Positions 1 through 7,650 are shown, numbered from the stretch's first letter. The stretch is DNA of 34,425 bases from Candidatus Kaiserbacteria bacterium (GCA_017134395.1 CP070993.1:153231-187655); one strand, 5' to 3'. Numbers and translations are program-made. Notes: a model not told the origin generated them from the sequence alone.

Positions 1-1088
1 AAACAAATAAAACTAAATCTGCAACGCTTGCATATTTACGAGGAGAAAAAGAAATAGCAATACCAGAAACTCGTAGAGAAACAAACAAAGGGGTTCTGCT
101 TATCCGTGGTGGAAAGAAATTTAGCATTCAGAACCTAAGTGTCGATGTGCCACTTGGACGATTCGTAGCAATTACCGGTGTCTCAGGCTCAGGCAAATCT
201 ACCTTTATGTACGAAATTCTTCATGAAAACCTTAAGGCGCGATTTGATAAAAGATACAGAAGCGCAAAGGTGTATAACTGCGCACGTTTTTCGGGTACGG
301 AATATCTCACACGCTCTATTCTTATTGATCAATCGCCGATAGGGCGAACACCACGTTCTAATCCAGCTACCTATACTGGAGCGTTTACGCATATTCGCGA
401 TCTCTTTGCAGAAACAACAGAGGCACGTGCGCGCGGATGGAAGCCAGGGCGTTTTAGTTTTAATGTAAAGGGAGGGCGCTGTGAGGCGTGTCAGGGAAAC
501 GGTATGGTTGCCGTTGAGATGCATTTCCTTCCAACTGTTCACGTAACCTGTGATGTCTGTTTAGGAAAACGCTTTATGAAAGAGACACTCGAGGTTGAAT
601 ACAAAGGGAAGAACATCAATCAAGTGCTCAATATGACAATTGAAGATGCGATAGATTTTTTCCAAGATATTCCTGGCATCTACGATCGTTTGAAAACACT
701 TGGTGAAGTAGGTCTTGGATATCTTACATTAGGGCAAAGCGCTACAACGCTTTCAGGGGGTGAGGCGCAGCGTGTAAAGATTGCCTCAGAACTATATCGC
801 CCTGGAATGACCAAGACTATGTACTTGCTTGATGAGCCAACTGTCGGTTTGCATTACGATGATGTAGCAAAACTTATTGAAATTCTTCAAGAATTAGTAC
901 GACGTGGAAATAGTGTCGTACTTATTGAACACAATATGGATGTTATCAAATCTGCTGACTACATCATAGATTTTGGACCTGAAGGGGGAGATGAAGGTGG
1001 GAAGTTAGTAGCGAAAGGAACACCTGAAGAAGTTGCAAAGGTAAAGGGGTCACACACTGCTACTTATTTGAAGAAAGTGTTGAAATAG
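1..1088 (+). CDS. uvrA: Excinuclease ABC subunit A (UvrA), C-terminal part; 5' end lies outside the window
   Basis: Frame 3 is open from base 3 to the TAG at 1086-1088, so the M at 147 is internal. Translation has Walker A GVSGSGKST, zinc-finger CEACQGNG...CDVCLGKR, ABC signature LSGGEAQR and Walker B LLDEPT. Confidence 0.95.
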   Translation, partial: TNKTKSATLAYLRGEKEIAIPETRRETNKGVLLIRGGKKFSIQNLSVDVPLGRFVAITGVSGSGKSTFMYEILHENLKARFDKRYRSAKVYNCARFSGTEYLTRSILIDQSPIGRTPRSNPATYTGAFTHIRDLFAETTEARARGWKPGRFSFNVKGGRCEACQGNGMVAVEMHFLPTVHVTCDVCLGKRFMKETLEVEYKGKNINQVLNMTIEDAIDFFQDIPGIYDRLKTLGEVGLGYLTLGQSATTLSGGEAQRVKIASELYRPGMTKTMYLLDEPTVGLHYDDVAKLIEILQELVRRGNSVVLIEHNMDVIKSADYIIDFGPEGGDEGGKLVAKGTPEEVAKVKGSHTATYLKKVLK

Positions 1089-1119
1089 AAAAAGGCAGCG
1101 TTACTCAGCTGCCTTTTTT
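1089..1119. terminator. Bidirectional intrinsic terminator between uvrA and the minus-strand small ORF
   Basis: Stem GGCAGC (1094-1099) / GCTGCC (1108-1113). It has an A-run upstream and T-run 1114-1119 downstream, so a U-tract forms on either strand. Confidence 0.7.
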
Positions 1120-1334
1120 GGTACGCTTTCTTTTTCCAGATCTACATAAGCTCGAAAGCCAACTTGGAATAGGGCGTCCCATTTCTTGTCATTGTCGCCG
1201 GTTGGCCGAAACCCATAAAAGCGGCAAAAAACCTCAAACCAATAGTGTGGGCAGTAACGGTTTGTGTATAGGCAAGGCTTATGGCGACAACTTCCTCTTG
1301 CCTGAAGAAGAGCTTCTCTGATTGGCATTGCCAT
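1101..1334 (-). CDS. Hypothetical small Cys/aromatic-rich protein (77 aa)
   Basis: On the minus strand an ATG is preceded by SD-like AAGAGG (1345-1340) and a TAGAAT -10 hexamer (1363-1358). The same hexamer is used upstream of murB and tRNA-Ala. The stop lies in the terminator loop. I recognise no family. Confidence 0.35.
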   Translation of the reverse strand: MAMPIREALLQARGSCRHKPCLYTNRYCPHYWFEVFCRFYGFRPTGDNDKKWDALFQVGFRAYVDLEKESVPKKAAE

Positions 1335-1448
1335 CAGTACCTCTTTCTGTTGAGAACATTCTAAAATCTAACTATACTGCAAATTGTAGAGTAATACAAT
1401 GGCCAAAAAGCGCTTGCTGAAAGATTATTTGAAAGGCATATTAGTACA

Positions 1449-2675
1449 ATGCAAAAGAAAGATATCAAAAAAATAAAACTTCCGGACATGCCGGGAATCT
1501 ATATATTTCGTAATGCGAAACGTCAGATTTTGTATGTTGGTAAAGCGACGTCGCTACGAAGCAGAGTTCGTAGCTATTTTAATACTGATATACAAAGTAG
1601 CCGAGGGCCTCTTATTGTAAAAATGCTCGAAGAAGCCAAATCGGTTGACTGGGAGGAAACAGATTCCGTTCTAGAGGCTCTTATTCTGGAAGCAAACCTC
1701 ATTAAAAAGCATCAGCCTGATTACAATACACGCGACAAAGACAATAAGAGTTTTAACTACCTTGTTATCACAAAAGAAAAGTTTCCACGCGTACTTGTTG
1801 TTCGCGGTAGGGACTTATTTACAACATGGAAAGATAAGGATATTAAACATCTGTTTGGGCCTTTTCCTCATGGCGGTGCGTTGAAAGAAGGTCTTAAAAT
1901 AGTCCGTAAAATATTCCCGTTTAGAGACAAATGTTTACCTGCAGAAGATACCAATTCAAAACCGTGTTTTAATAAACAAATAGGATTATGCCCTGGTGTG
2001 TGTTCTGGAGACATCAGTAAAAGCGAGTACTCTAAACTCATTGCAAACATTAAATTGTTGTTTGAAGGCAAGAAAACACAACTTCTCAAAAATCTCACTC
2101 GAGATATGAAAAAAGCTGCCAAAGAAGAACGCTTTGAAGAAGCGGGAGGCTTAAAACATAAAATATTTGCTCTTACGCATATCCAAGAGACTGCATTACT
2201 TGGAAGTGACTATAAAGTATCTTCAGGCGATGGCTCTGAAAGAATAGAGGCGTACGACGTTGCTCACATTAGCGAGACTGCTCGAGTAGGCGTAATGGTT
2301 GTAGTACAGGAAGGAGTGGCTAAGAAATCGCAGTACCGCAAATTCAATATAAAGACAGAGAAAATGGGAGACATAGCTGCACTCGAAGAAATACTTCAAC
2401 GAAGATTTATGCATGTAGAGTGGGAATTGCCAACACTTATTGTTGTCGATGGTGGAGTTGCACAAAAAAACGCCGCACTAAGAGTACAGGCTGAATTTGG
2501 CTACAAAATACCAATTGTTAATGTTGTTAAGAACGCGAAACACAAAGCCGACAAGGTTGTAGGGAACGCTGTTGTTATTGAAAAGTGGGAGAAAGATATT
2601 TTACTCGCGAATAATGAATCTCATCGTTTTGCAATTTCGTTCCACCGTGCAAAACGAAAAAAGGCACTCATATAA
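1449..2675 (+). CDS. uvrC: Excinuclease ABC subunit C (UvrC), short 408-aa form
   Basis: N-terminal GIY-YIG motif (PGIYIFRN...ILYVGKATSLRSRVRSYF), a UVR-like helix (EERFEEAGGLKHKIFAL) and a central endonuclease region. The ORF ends without a C-terminal (HhH)2 segment. Confidence 0.85.
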   Translation: MQKKDIKKIKLPDMPGIYIFRNAKRQILYVGKATSLRSRVRSYFNTDIQSSRGPLIVKMLEEAKSVDWEETDSVLEALILEANLIKKHQPDYNTRDKDNKSFNYLVITKEKFPRVLVVRGRDLFTTWKDKDIKHLFGPFPHGGALKEGLKIVRKIFPFRDKCLPAEDTNSKPCFNKQIGLCPGVCSGDISKSEYSKLIANIKLLFEGKKTQLLKNLTRDMKKAAKEERFEEAGGLKHKIFALTHIQETALLGSDYKVSSGDGSERIEAYDVAHISETARVGVMVVVQEGVAKKSQYRKFNIKTEKMGDIAALEEILQRRFMHVEWELPTLIVVDGGVAQKNAALRVQAEFGYKIPIVNVVKNAKHKADKVVGNAVVIEKWEKDILLANNESHRFAISFHRAKRKKALI

Positions 2676-2699
2676 AATTCACGCAGATAGACGCTCCGA

Positions 2700-2742
2700 C
2701 CCACAAAAACTTAGGACATCGGATGTCCTAAGTTTTTGTGGG
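2700..2742. repeat. 43-nt near-perfect inverted repeat (hairpin) after uvrC, core GGACATCGGATGTCC
   Basis: CCCACAAAAACTTAGGACATC g GATGTCCTAAGTTTTTGTGGG, with 21-nt arms. No clean trailing T-run, so it is a hairpin or REP-like element rather than a textbook terminator. Confidence 0.7.
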
Positions 2743-2762
2743 CGTTAGAATTAACTAGTTCG

Positions 2763-2771
2763 TGTTAGAAT
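2763..2771 (+). promoter_or_regulatory. Extended -10 element TGtTAGAAT upstream of murB
   Basis: TG at 2763-2764 and TAGAAT at 2766-2771, six nt before the murB ATG at 2778. A second GTTAGAAT copy sits at 2744-2751. Confidence 0.5.
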
Positions 2772-2777
2772 CTCGAT

Positions 2778-3707
2778 ATGGAAATACAAGAAAACATACT
2801 TTTGAAAGACCATACTACTTTTGAAATTGGCGGTGTTGCTAAATACTTTGTTGTTGTTCACTCAAAAGAAGAGCTACAAGAGGCATTGGAGTACGCACAG
2901 ACAAAGAACCTCGCATTTACTTTTATTGCTGGCGGTAGCAATATACTTGCGTCAGATAGCGGCTTTGATGGTTTGGTAATTAAGATGGCACTTGTAAAAC
3001 ACTCAGTTGACACTGAAAAAAATGAAGTGCAGGCAGAAGCCGGAGCTTCACTAATGGAAGTTATTCACGCAGCGTGCAGTGCGGGGCTCACTGGGATGGA
3101 ACCAATGTATGGGATTCCTGGCACTATTGGAGGTGCGGTTCGCGGAAACGCAGGAGCTTTTGGAGTTGAGGTTGTAGACATACTTTCACACGTTACTGCT
3201 ATTGATATCGAAAGCAAAGAAATACGAACTTTTACCAATGAAGAATGTGCGTTTGATTATAGAGATTCATTTTTTAAGCGTAACAGTAATTGGATTATAC
3301 TGTCAGCAACGTTTTCTCTTGCGGCGGCAGAGTCTACAGAATGCATCAAAAAGGCGGAAGAAATTCTTGCTACACGCAATGAGCGGCAAATACAAAATAT
3401 TCGTTCAGCTGGATCTTTTTTTATGAACCCAATTGTTTCAGAAGAACTCCAGAGAGAATTTGAAAAAGAAAAGGGTACGCCAGCTCGAAACGGACGAGTA
3501 CCTGCAGGTTGGCTTATAGAAAAGGCCGGATTTAAAGGGGTCGTGAAAGACAAAGCTGCCACAGGAGAACGTAGTTCTAATTATGTTATTAACCGTGGAG
3601 CTGCGACCGCAGCAATGGTTCAAGAGCTCACTTCAGAGATACAGGGAAATGTTGAGGAGAAATTTGGAGTGAAGCTTGAACGAGAAGTCACACAGATGGG
3701 CTTCTAG
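2778..3707 (+). CDS. murB: UDP-N-acetylenolpyruvoylglucosamine reductase (MurB)
   Basis: 309 aa. FAD-binding N-terminus (FEIGGVAKYF...IAGGSNIL) and MurB-like C-terminal domain (AGSFFMNP, PAGWLIEKAGFKG). Confidence 0.9.
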   Translation: MEIQENILLKDHTTFEIGGVAKYFVVVHSKEELQEALEYAQTKNLAFTFIAGGSNILASDSGFDGLVIKMALVKHSVDTEKNEVQAEAGASLMEVIHAACSAGLTGMEPMYGIPGTIGGAVRGNAGAFGVEVVDILSHVTAIDIESKEIRTFTNEECAFDYRDSFFKRNSNWIILSATFSLAAAESTECIKKAEEILATRNERQIQNIRSAGSFFMNPIVSEELQREFEKEKGTPARNGRVPAGWLIEKAGFKGVVKDKAATGERSSNYVINRGAATAAMVQELTSEIQGNVEEKFGVKLEREVTQMGF

Positions 3708-3737
3708 TTGCACTGTCGCTCATGGTACACTAGTGCC

Positions 3738-4730
3738 ATGTCACGAATTAATGTTGGAGTTTTACGTGGTGGACCTTCAAGCGAGTATGAAGTATCTCTC
3801 GCAAGTGGGAACTCAGTACTCCAGCATCTCTCTGAAGAACGATACAATGCAAAGGATATTTTAATATCTAAAACTGGCCAATGGCATTCAAGAGGACTTC
3901 CTGTTAGTCCTGAACGCGCACTTCGCGATATTGATGTTGCATTTATCGCACTACATGGCGAGTATGGTGAAGACGGGGAAATACAAAAGATTCTTGATGC
4001 TCACAACATTCCTTTTACTGGCTCTGGCGTTTTTGGTTCAGCAATTGCAATGGATAAAGGGAGCACACGGAAACACGTAGGAAACATTGATGGAATTAAA
4101 ATGCCGGGACACGTTGTTCTTCATAAAGAAGAGGTAACCGGAACACTTGCTGAAGCTGCCCAAAAAGTATTTTCTCAATTTGGCCCACTTTACATCGTGA
4201 AGCCACTTCGTGGAGGCTCATCAGTAGGTATTGCAACAGCTGACTCTGTTTCGTCACTTGTAGGCGCACTGAAAGATGTCTTTGCAGTTACAGACGCAGT
4301 TATTGTCGAACAATTTATAAAAGGAAGAGAGGGAACGTGTGGTGTTATTGATAACTTCCGAGAAGAATCAGTCTATTGTTTGCCGCCTGTTGAGATTATA
4401 GTACCAAACAACAAAGGCGTATTTGATTACGAAGCCAAGTATGATGGGTTAACCGAAGAAGTATGTCCTGCCAATTTTTCAGGAGTTGAAAAGGAGCTTA
4501 TGCAAAATGCAGCGCGGCAGGTGCACAAAACGCTCGGACTGAATCACTATTCGCGCTCAGATTTTATTGTCGCACCTTCGGGCATATACTTCTTGGAAGT
4601 AAACACGCTACCTGGACTCACGCCTTCGTCGTTGCTTCCAAAGTCGCTTGATGCTGTTGGAGTTGAGTTCCAAGATTTTCTTGATCATTTATTAACACTT
4701 TCACTTAAAAATAATGGCAGCACTCGATAA
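3738..4730 (+). CDS. ddl: D-alanine--D-alanine ligase (Ddl)
   Basis: Motifs INVGVLRGGPSSEYEVSL, HGEYGEDGEIQKILD, AMDKGSTRKH and LEVNTLPGLT. The ATG at 3738 matches the usual Ddl N-terminus better than the track's TTG at 3708. Confidence 0.9.
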   Translation: MSRINVGVLRGGPSSEYEVSLASGNSVLQHLSEERYNAKDILISKTGQWHSRGLPVSPERALRDIDVAFIALHGEYGEDGEIQKILDAHNIPFTGSGVFGSAIAMDKGSTRKHVGNIDGIKMPGHVVLHKEEVTGTLAEAAQKVFSQFGPLYIVKPLRGGSSVGIATADSVSSLVGALKDVFAVTDAVIVEQFIKGREGTCGVIDNFREESVYCLPPVEIIVPNNKGVFDYEAKYDGLTEEVCPANFSGVEKELMQNAARQVHKTLGLNHYSRSDFIVAPSGIYFLEVNTLPGLTPSSLLPKSLDAVGVEFQDFLDHLLTLSLKNNGSTR

Positions 4731-4998
4731 AGACGCATTACGTTCATTCTTAATGAGTGATTCAGTATGGGAACTAGACGCACAAGATAACACTTTAGTG
4801 CGTACTTTTATGTTTCGTACGTATAAAGAAGGGGTGGCCTTTGCCAACAAGGTTACTGAAATTGCAGAAGAGCATAATCACCATCCCCAAATTATTATAG
4901 ATTGGGGGAGCGTCACAGTAAAAACAACAACACATGATGATGGAAATACTGTAACCGATAAAGATATCAAGATAGCACAAGCTATAGATGCGCTATAA
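4714..4998 (+). CDS. Pterin-4-alpha-carbinolamine dehydratase (PCD/DCoH-like)
   Basis: 94 aa with the family pattern F.F....AF.F...V...AE..NHHP.....W..V....TTH. It overlaps the ddl 3' end by 17 nt. Confidence 0.75.
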   Translation: MAALDKDALRSFLMSDSVWELDAQDNTLVRTFMFRTYKEGVAFANKVTEIAEEHNHHPQIIIDWGSVTVKTTTHDDGNTVTDKDIKIAQAIDAL

Positions 4999-5002
4999 AT
5001 CG

Positions 5003-5030
5003 TTGAAATTATCCTATATGCTGTTAGAAT
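5003..5030 (+). promoter_or_regulatory. Sigma70-type promoter for tRNA-Ala
   Basis: TTGAAA (5003-5008), 16-nt spacer, TGtTAGAAT (TG 5022-5023, TAGAAT 5025-5030). The predicted start is about 3 nt before the mature tRNA 5' end. Confidence 0.6.
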
Positions 5031-5039
5031 AGCCCAGTC

Positions 5040-5113
5040 GGGCCAGTAGCTCAGTTGGCTAGAGCGCCTCACTTGCACTGAGGAGGCCGGGGGTTCGAGT
5101 CCTCTCTGGTCCA
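5040..5113 (+). tRNA. tRNA-Ala (anticodon UGC); CCA not encoded
   Basis: Hand-folded cloverleaf. Acceptor GGGCCAG/CTGGTCC with the G3:U70 alanine identity pair, D arm GCTC-AGTTGGCTA-GAGC, anticodon arm CCTCA-CTTGCAC-TGAGG, and T loop TTCGAGT. Confidence 0.9.
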
Positions 5114-5129
5114 CATAGACATGTAGAAT

Positions 5130-5157
5130 CCCCAAGCGATTAGCTTGTGGGGTTTTT
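5130..5157 (+). terminator. Intrinsic terminator after tRNA-Ala
   Basis: CCCCAAGC gatta GCTTG(T)GGGG followed by TTTTT. Confidence 0.7.
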
Positions 5158-5286
5158 ACATTGTCTTGGATTCCAGCGAGAACTCGAAAAAAGCGAAATA
5201 TATCTGACCGGAAGGAAGATTTGAGCGGCGGGGTCGCGTCGCTTAGTATTTTGGAGCCTGCGAAAAAAATATTTAGCAAAGGTGAC

Positions 5287-5301
5287 CGAGTCCTCTCTGG
5301 T
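5287..5301 (+). repeat. Direct repeat of the tRNA-Ala 3' end (tRNA fragment, att-like scar)
   Basis: CGAGTCCTCTCTGGT at 5287-5301 is identical to tRNA positions 5096-5110. Flanking bases show weaker T-arm similarity. Confidence 0.75.
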
Positions 5302-5306
5302 TATTA

Positions 5307-5345
5307 AACACCCCGCATAGCAAAAGCTATGCGGGGTGTTTATTT
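5307..5345 (+). terminator. Strong hairpin terminator after the tRNA fragment
   Basis: AACACCCCGCATAGC aaaa GCTATGCGGGGTGTT (15-bp stem) followed by TATTT. Confidence 0.7.
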
Positions 5346-5377
5346 GCAAAGGTTTGTACGATTAGTACCATTGAGGA

Positions 5378-7243
5378 ATGGAAGTGGGACCGTGGAAATC
5401 AGAGTCAGTCGAAAGCCCAGAACTTTTTCGTGGAACACTTGGATTTGACTTCGTGTTTACACGCGAAGATGGAAAGCTGAAGTGTTATTGTATCGAATTC
5501 AATGGGAGCAATAGTGGAGTACAAGGAGTGCGGCGGCTGCCTGCAGATGCTCTCGATGCAACACACAAAATTTTGGCATCAGTACGAAGCTCAGCAAGTG
5601 AAAAAACGCGAGAAGCAGTACGAAAGTACAACGATTTCATTAGAAGAAATCCGGACCAGTCTTTTTCAGTGGTGGTAGCAGGCCATCTTCGTGCACAGCT
5701 CGATGATGCACCATTGCATACGCATGAATATTCAAATCCGGAATTTATCCAAGATATAACACTGAATAAACGGCGCCAGGAAGAATATATACCACGCGCT
5801 AACCGACCAAACTCGTGGAAACCGGGCGATTCCACGAAATCTAAGAGCGGGTTTTGGATCTATAAAGAGGGTGGTTCGTCGCGTGGACAGGGTATCTACA
5901 TTCTTTCCGATACTGAACTAGCAGATATGCTTAAAGAGGCACCGAAGATAGACGAATCGACTCTTGGTAATGATGTTATACAAGAATTGTTGCCGGTCAC
6001 CGGTGCAGAAAATGCAACAGAGGCACACAAAAATCGTGCAGCTTCCATGCGCCTACTAATGGACTTCCGCTATTTAGAAGGCGGGACGATACAGTCGGAC
6101 TTTTCGACCAGCTATCAGCGAATTGCACCTCATGACAAAAATAGTACACAGACACCCGGTGGTGAGGATTTTCAAAAAGAGGATACTTTGGTGGTTAATT
6201 ATTCAACAGGTGCGCTTTCGGCTGCGGCTTCGCCAATGGAAATAAAGCTCGCAAAAGAAGTCGCAGAAAAAGTTATTCACAATCTAGCTAACACGTACAT
6301 AAAGAAGATGATTAATGAAGAGAAAGTACATCGACTTATGTTGGAAGTACCAACGGGCCGCTCACGCGAAGTAAGTGCAGTCAATAAGGAAGTGAATGAT
6401 GCACTTATTACATTGTACACGCGCTTTGAGGATACGTATGGTAGAGATTATCTACCATTTCATAATAGCTACCACACTGCGCGTGTTATTGCACGAGTCG
6501 ATAAGATATGGCGCAGTATTGACGAAGGTGAGCACGATTTAAAAGAGTACCTTCTTCTACGGCTATGTGCAGCATTTCATGACAGTGTTCAAAAATGGAA
6601 GTCATTCGAGATTGAAGAAGACTTCAATGGGCAGAAGTTTACGAAAATCGTTAGGAAACGTTTTACCGGACAAAATGAGAAAGAGAGTGCAGGTGAGCTT
6701 GTCGCATGTATGCGCCAGATTAATCAAGAAGTTAACTACGATTTTTTCTCTCGCGAAGATGAGCGTGTTGCACAGGAGGCCATTCAGGCAACGATACCTG
6801 CATTTGATATTGCACGTGGTACCGTGGGACAACCCAAACTTGAAAAACACTCATCGCGTGTTACACGACTTCTAGCACTTGCCGATCTCGGAGCTGCGGG
6901 ACTGGAGTCGGAAAAATTTGTATATGAAGGCAATAGAATTTTCCAAGAAGAAAACATTGATATCTATGAAGCCTTGCAAAGCCCTGAAAAGATCGATGAT
7001 GCGCATAAAGAATATTTTAGACATAGAATGTTCGAGTGGTCGAAGTCACAACCAAGATTCGCCAAAGGGCGACAACGACTCTTAGAGAAGGAGTTGGTTA
7101 GACTGCCACAGCGCGAAAAGAAGGAAATTAGATATCTGTTTTGCGGTTTTGAAGAAAGTATTGCATATGCAAAAGAGGCAGTTGAGAGACGACGTACTAT
7201 GAGTTTCGAGGAGCTTGCAAAAGATATGGGGTACGAGTTCTAG
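5378..7243 (+). CDS. ATP-grasp (tubulin-tyrosine-ligase-like) / HD-domain phosphohydrolase fusion protein
   Basis: 621 aa. ATP-grasp/TTL-type motifs FWIYKEGGSSRGQGIYIL, VIQELLP, MDFRYL and LVVNYSTGA, plus GFDFVF...YCIEFNGSNSG at the N-terminus. The C-terminal half has the H...HD pattern (FHNSYHTARVIA ... LCAAFHDSVQ). Confidence 0.6.
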   Translation: MEVGPWKSESVESPELFRGTLGFDFVFTREDGKLKCYCIEFNGSNSGVQGVRRLPADALDATHKILASVRSSASEKTREAVRKYNDFIRRNPDQSFSVVVAGHLRAQLDDAPLHTHEYSNPEFIQDITLNKRRQEEYIPRANRPNSWKPGDSTKSKSGFWIYKEGGSSRGQGIYILSDTELADMLKEAPKIDESTLGNDVIQELLPVTGAENATEAHKNRAASMRLLMDFRYLEGGTIQSDFSTSYQRIAPHDKNSTQTPGGEDFQKEDTLVVNYSTGALSAAASPMEIKLAKEVAEKVIHNLANTYIKKMINEEKVHRLMLEVPTGRSREVSAVNKEVNDALITLYTRFEDTYGRDYLPFHNSYHTARVIARVDKIWRSIDEGEHDLKEYLLLRLCAAFHDSVQKWKSFEIEEDFNGQKFTKIVRKRFTGQNEKESAGELVACMRQINQEVNYDFFSREDERVAQEAIQATIPAFDIARGTVGQPKLEKHSSRVTRLLALADLGAAGLESEKFVYEGNRIFQEENIDIYEALQSPEKIDDAHKEYFRHRMFEWSKSQPRFAKGRQRLLEKELVRLPQREKKEIRYLFCGFEESIAYAKEAVERRRTMSFEELAKDMGYEF

Positions 7244-7264
7244 GCCGTGTTACTATATACATAC

Positions 7265-7570
7265 ATGAACATCTTACTTTTGATTGTTGCAGGAGCTGTT
7301 GGTGTTGCACTCGGTGTGTACTTTGGGAAAGGGAATGATGTACCTACTGTGTCCTTTGGTAATCGTAAGCGAAAACGTTTAGACAAAATACTGACACTGT
7401 ATATAGATAATGATGAAATAACTAACAGTGATGTACGAGAGCTACTAAACGTATCTGATGCAACAGCGACACGGTACTTGGACCAACTAGAAGACGAAGG
7501 CAAAATAGAACAAATAGGTGAGACAGGAATGAATGTATTCTACCGCTCAACAAAGGCTCAAAATCTGTAA
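7265..7570 (+). CDS. Membrane-anchored winged-helix DNA-binding protein
   Basis: N-terminal TM helix (NILLLIVAGAVGVALGVYF), basic linker RKRKR, then a wHTH-like segment (ITNSDVRELLNVSDATATRYLDQLEDEGKIEQIG). The start could instead be the GTG at 7247, 3 nt after the upstream stop. Confidence 0.6.
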   Translation: MNILLLIVAGAVGVALGVYFGKGNDVPTVSFGNRKRKRLDKILTLYIDNDEITNSDVRELLNVSDATATRYLDQLEDEGKIEQIGETGMNVFYRSTKAQNL

Positions 7571-7596
7571 ACGCCTCAGTAATTGAGGCGTTTAGT
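7567..7596 (+). repeat. 30-nt exact repeat, copy 1; here it acts as the terminator hairpin of the wHTH gene
   Basis: GTAAACGCCTCAGTAATTGAGGCGTTTAGT has a 10-bp stem AAACGCCTCA/TGAGGCGTTT and is followed by TTTT. An identical 30-mer lies at 22416-22445. Confidence 0.9.
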
Positions 7597-7650
7597 TTTG
7601 CTTTCTTTGTTTAACAAGTTCATACTCCTCTCAGATTGGAGGATTCAAAA

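Noticed and set aside
1118-1321. 67-aa plus-strand ORF in the uvrA-uvrC spacer
   Set aside because: It starts inside the uvrA terminator T-run and has no RBS. The opposite-strand 77-aa ORF has a TAGAAT box and an SD and is the better, though still uncertain, candidate.
4878-5279. 133-aa and 69-aa minus-strand ORFs spanning the tRNA-Ala region
   Set aside because: They read straight through the tRNA gene and two terminator hairpins. No coding signals are present, and the region is better explained by the tRNA, terminators and tRNA-fragment repeat.
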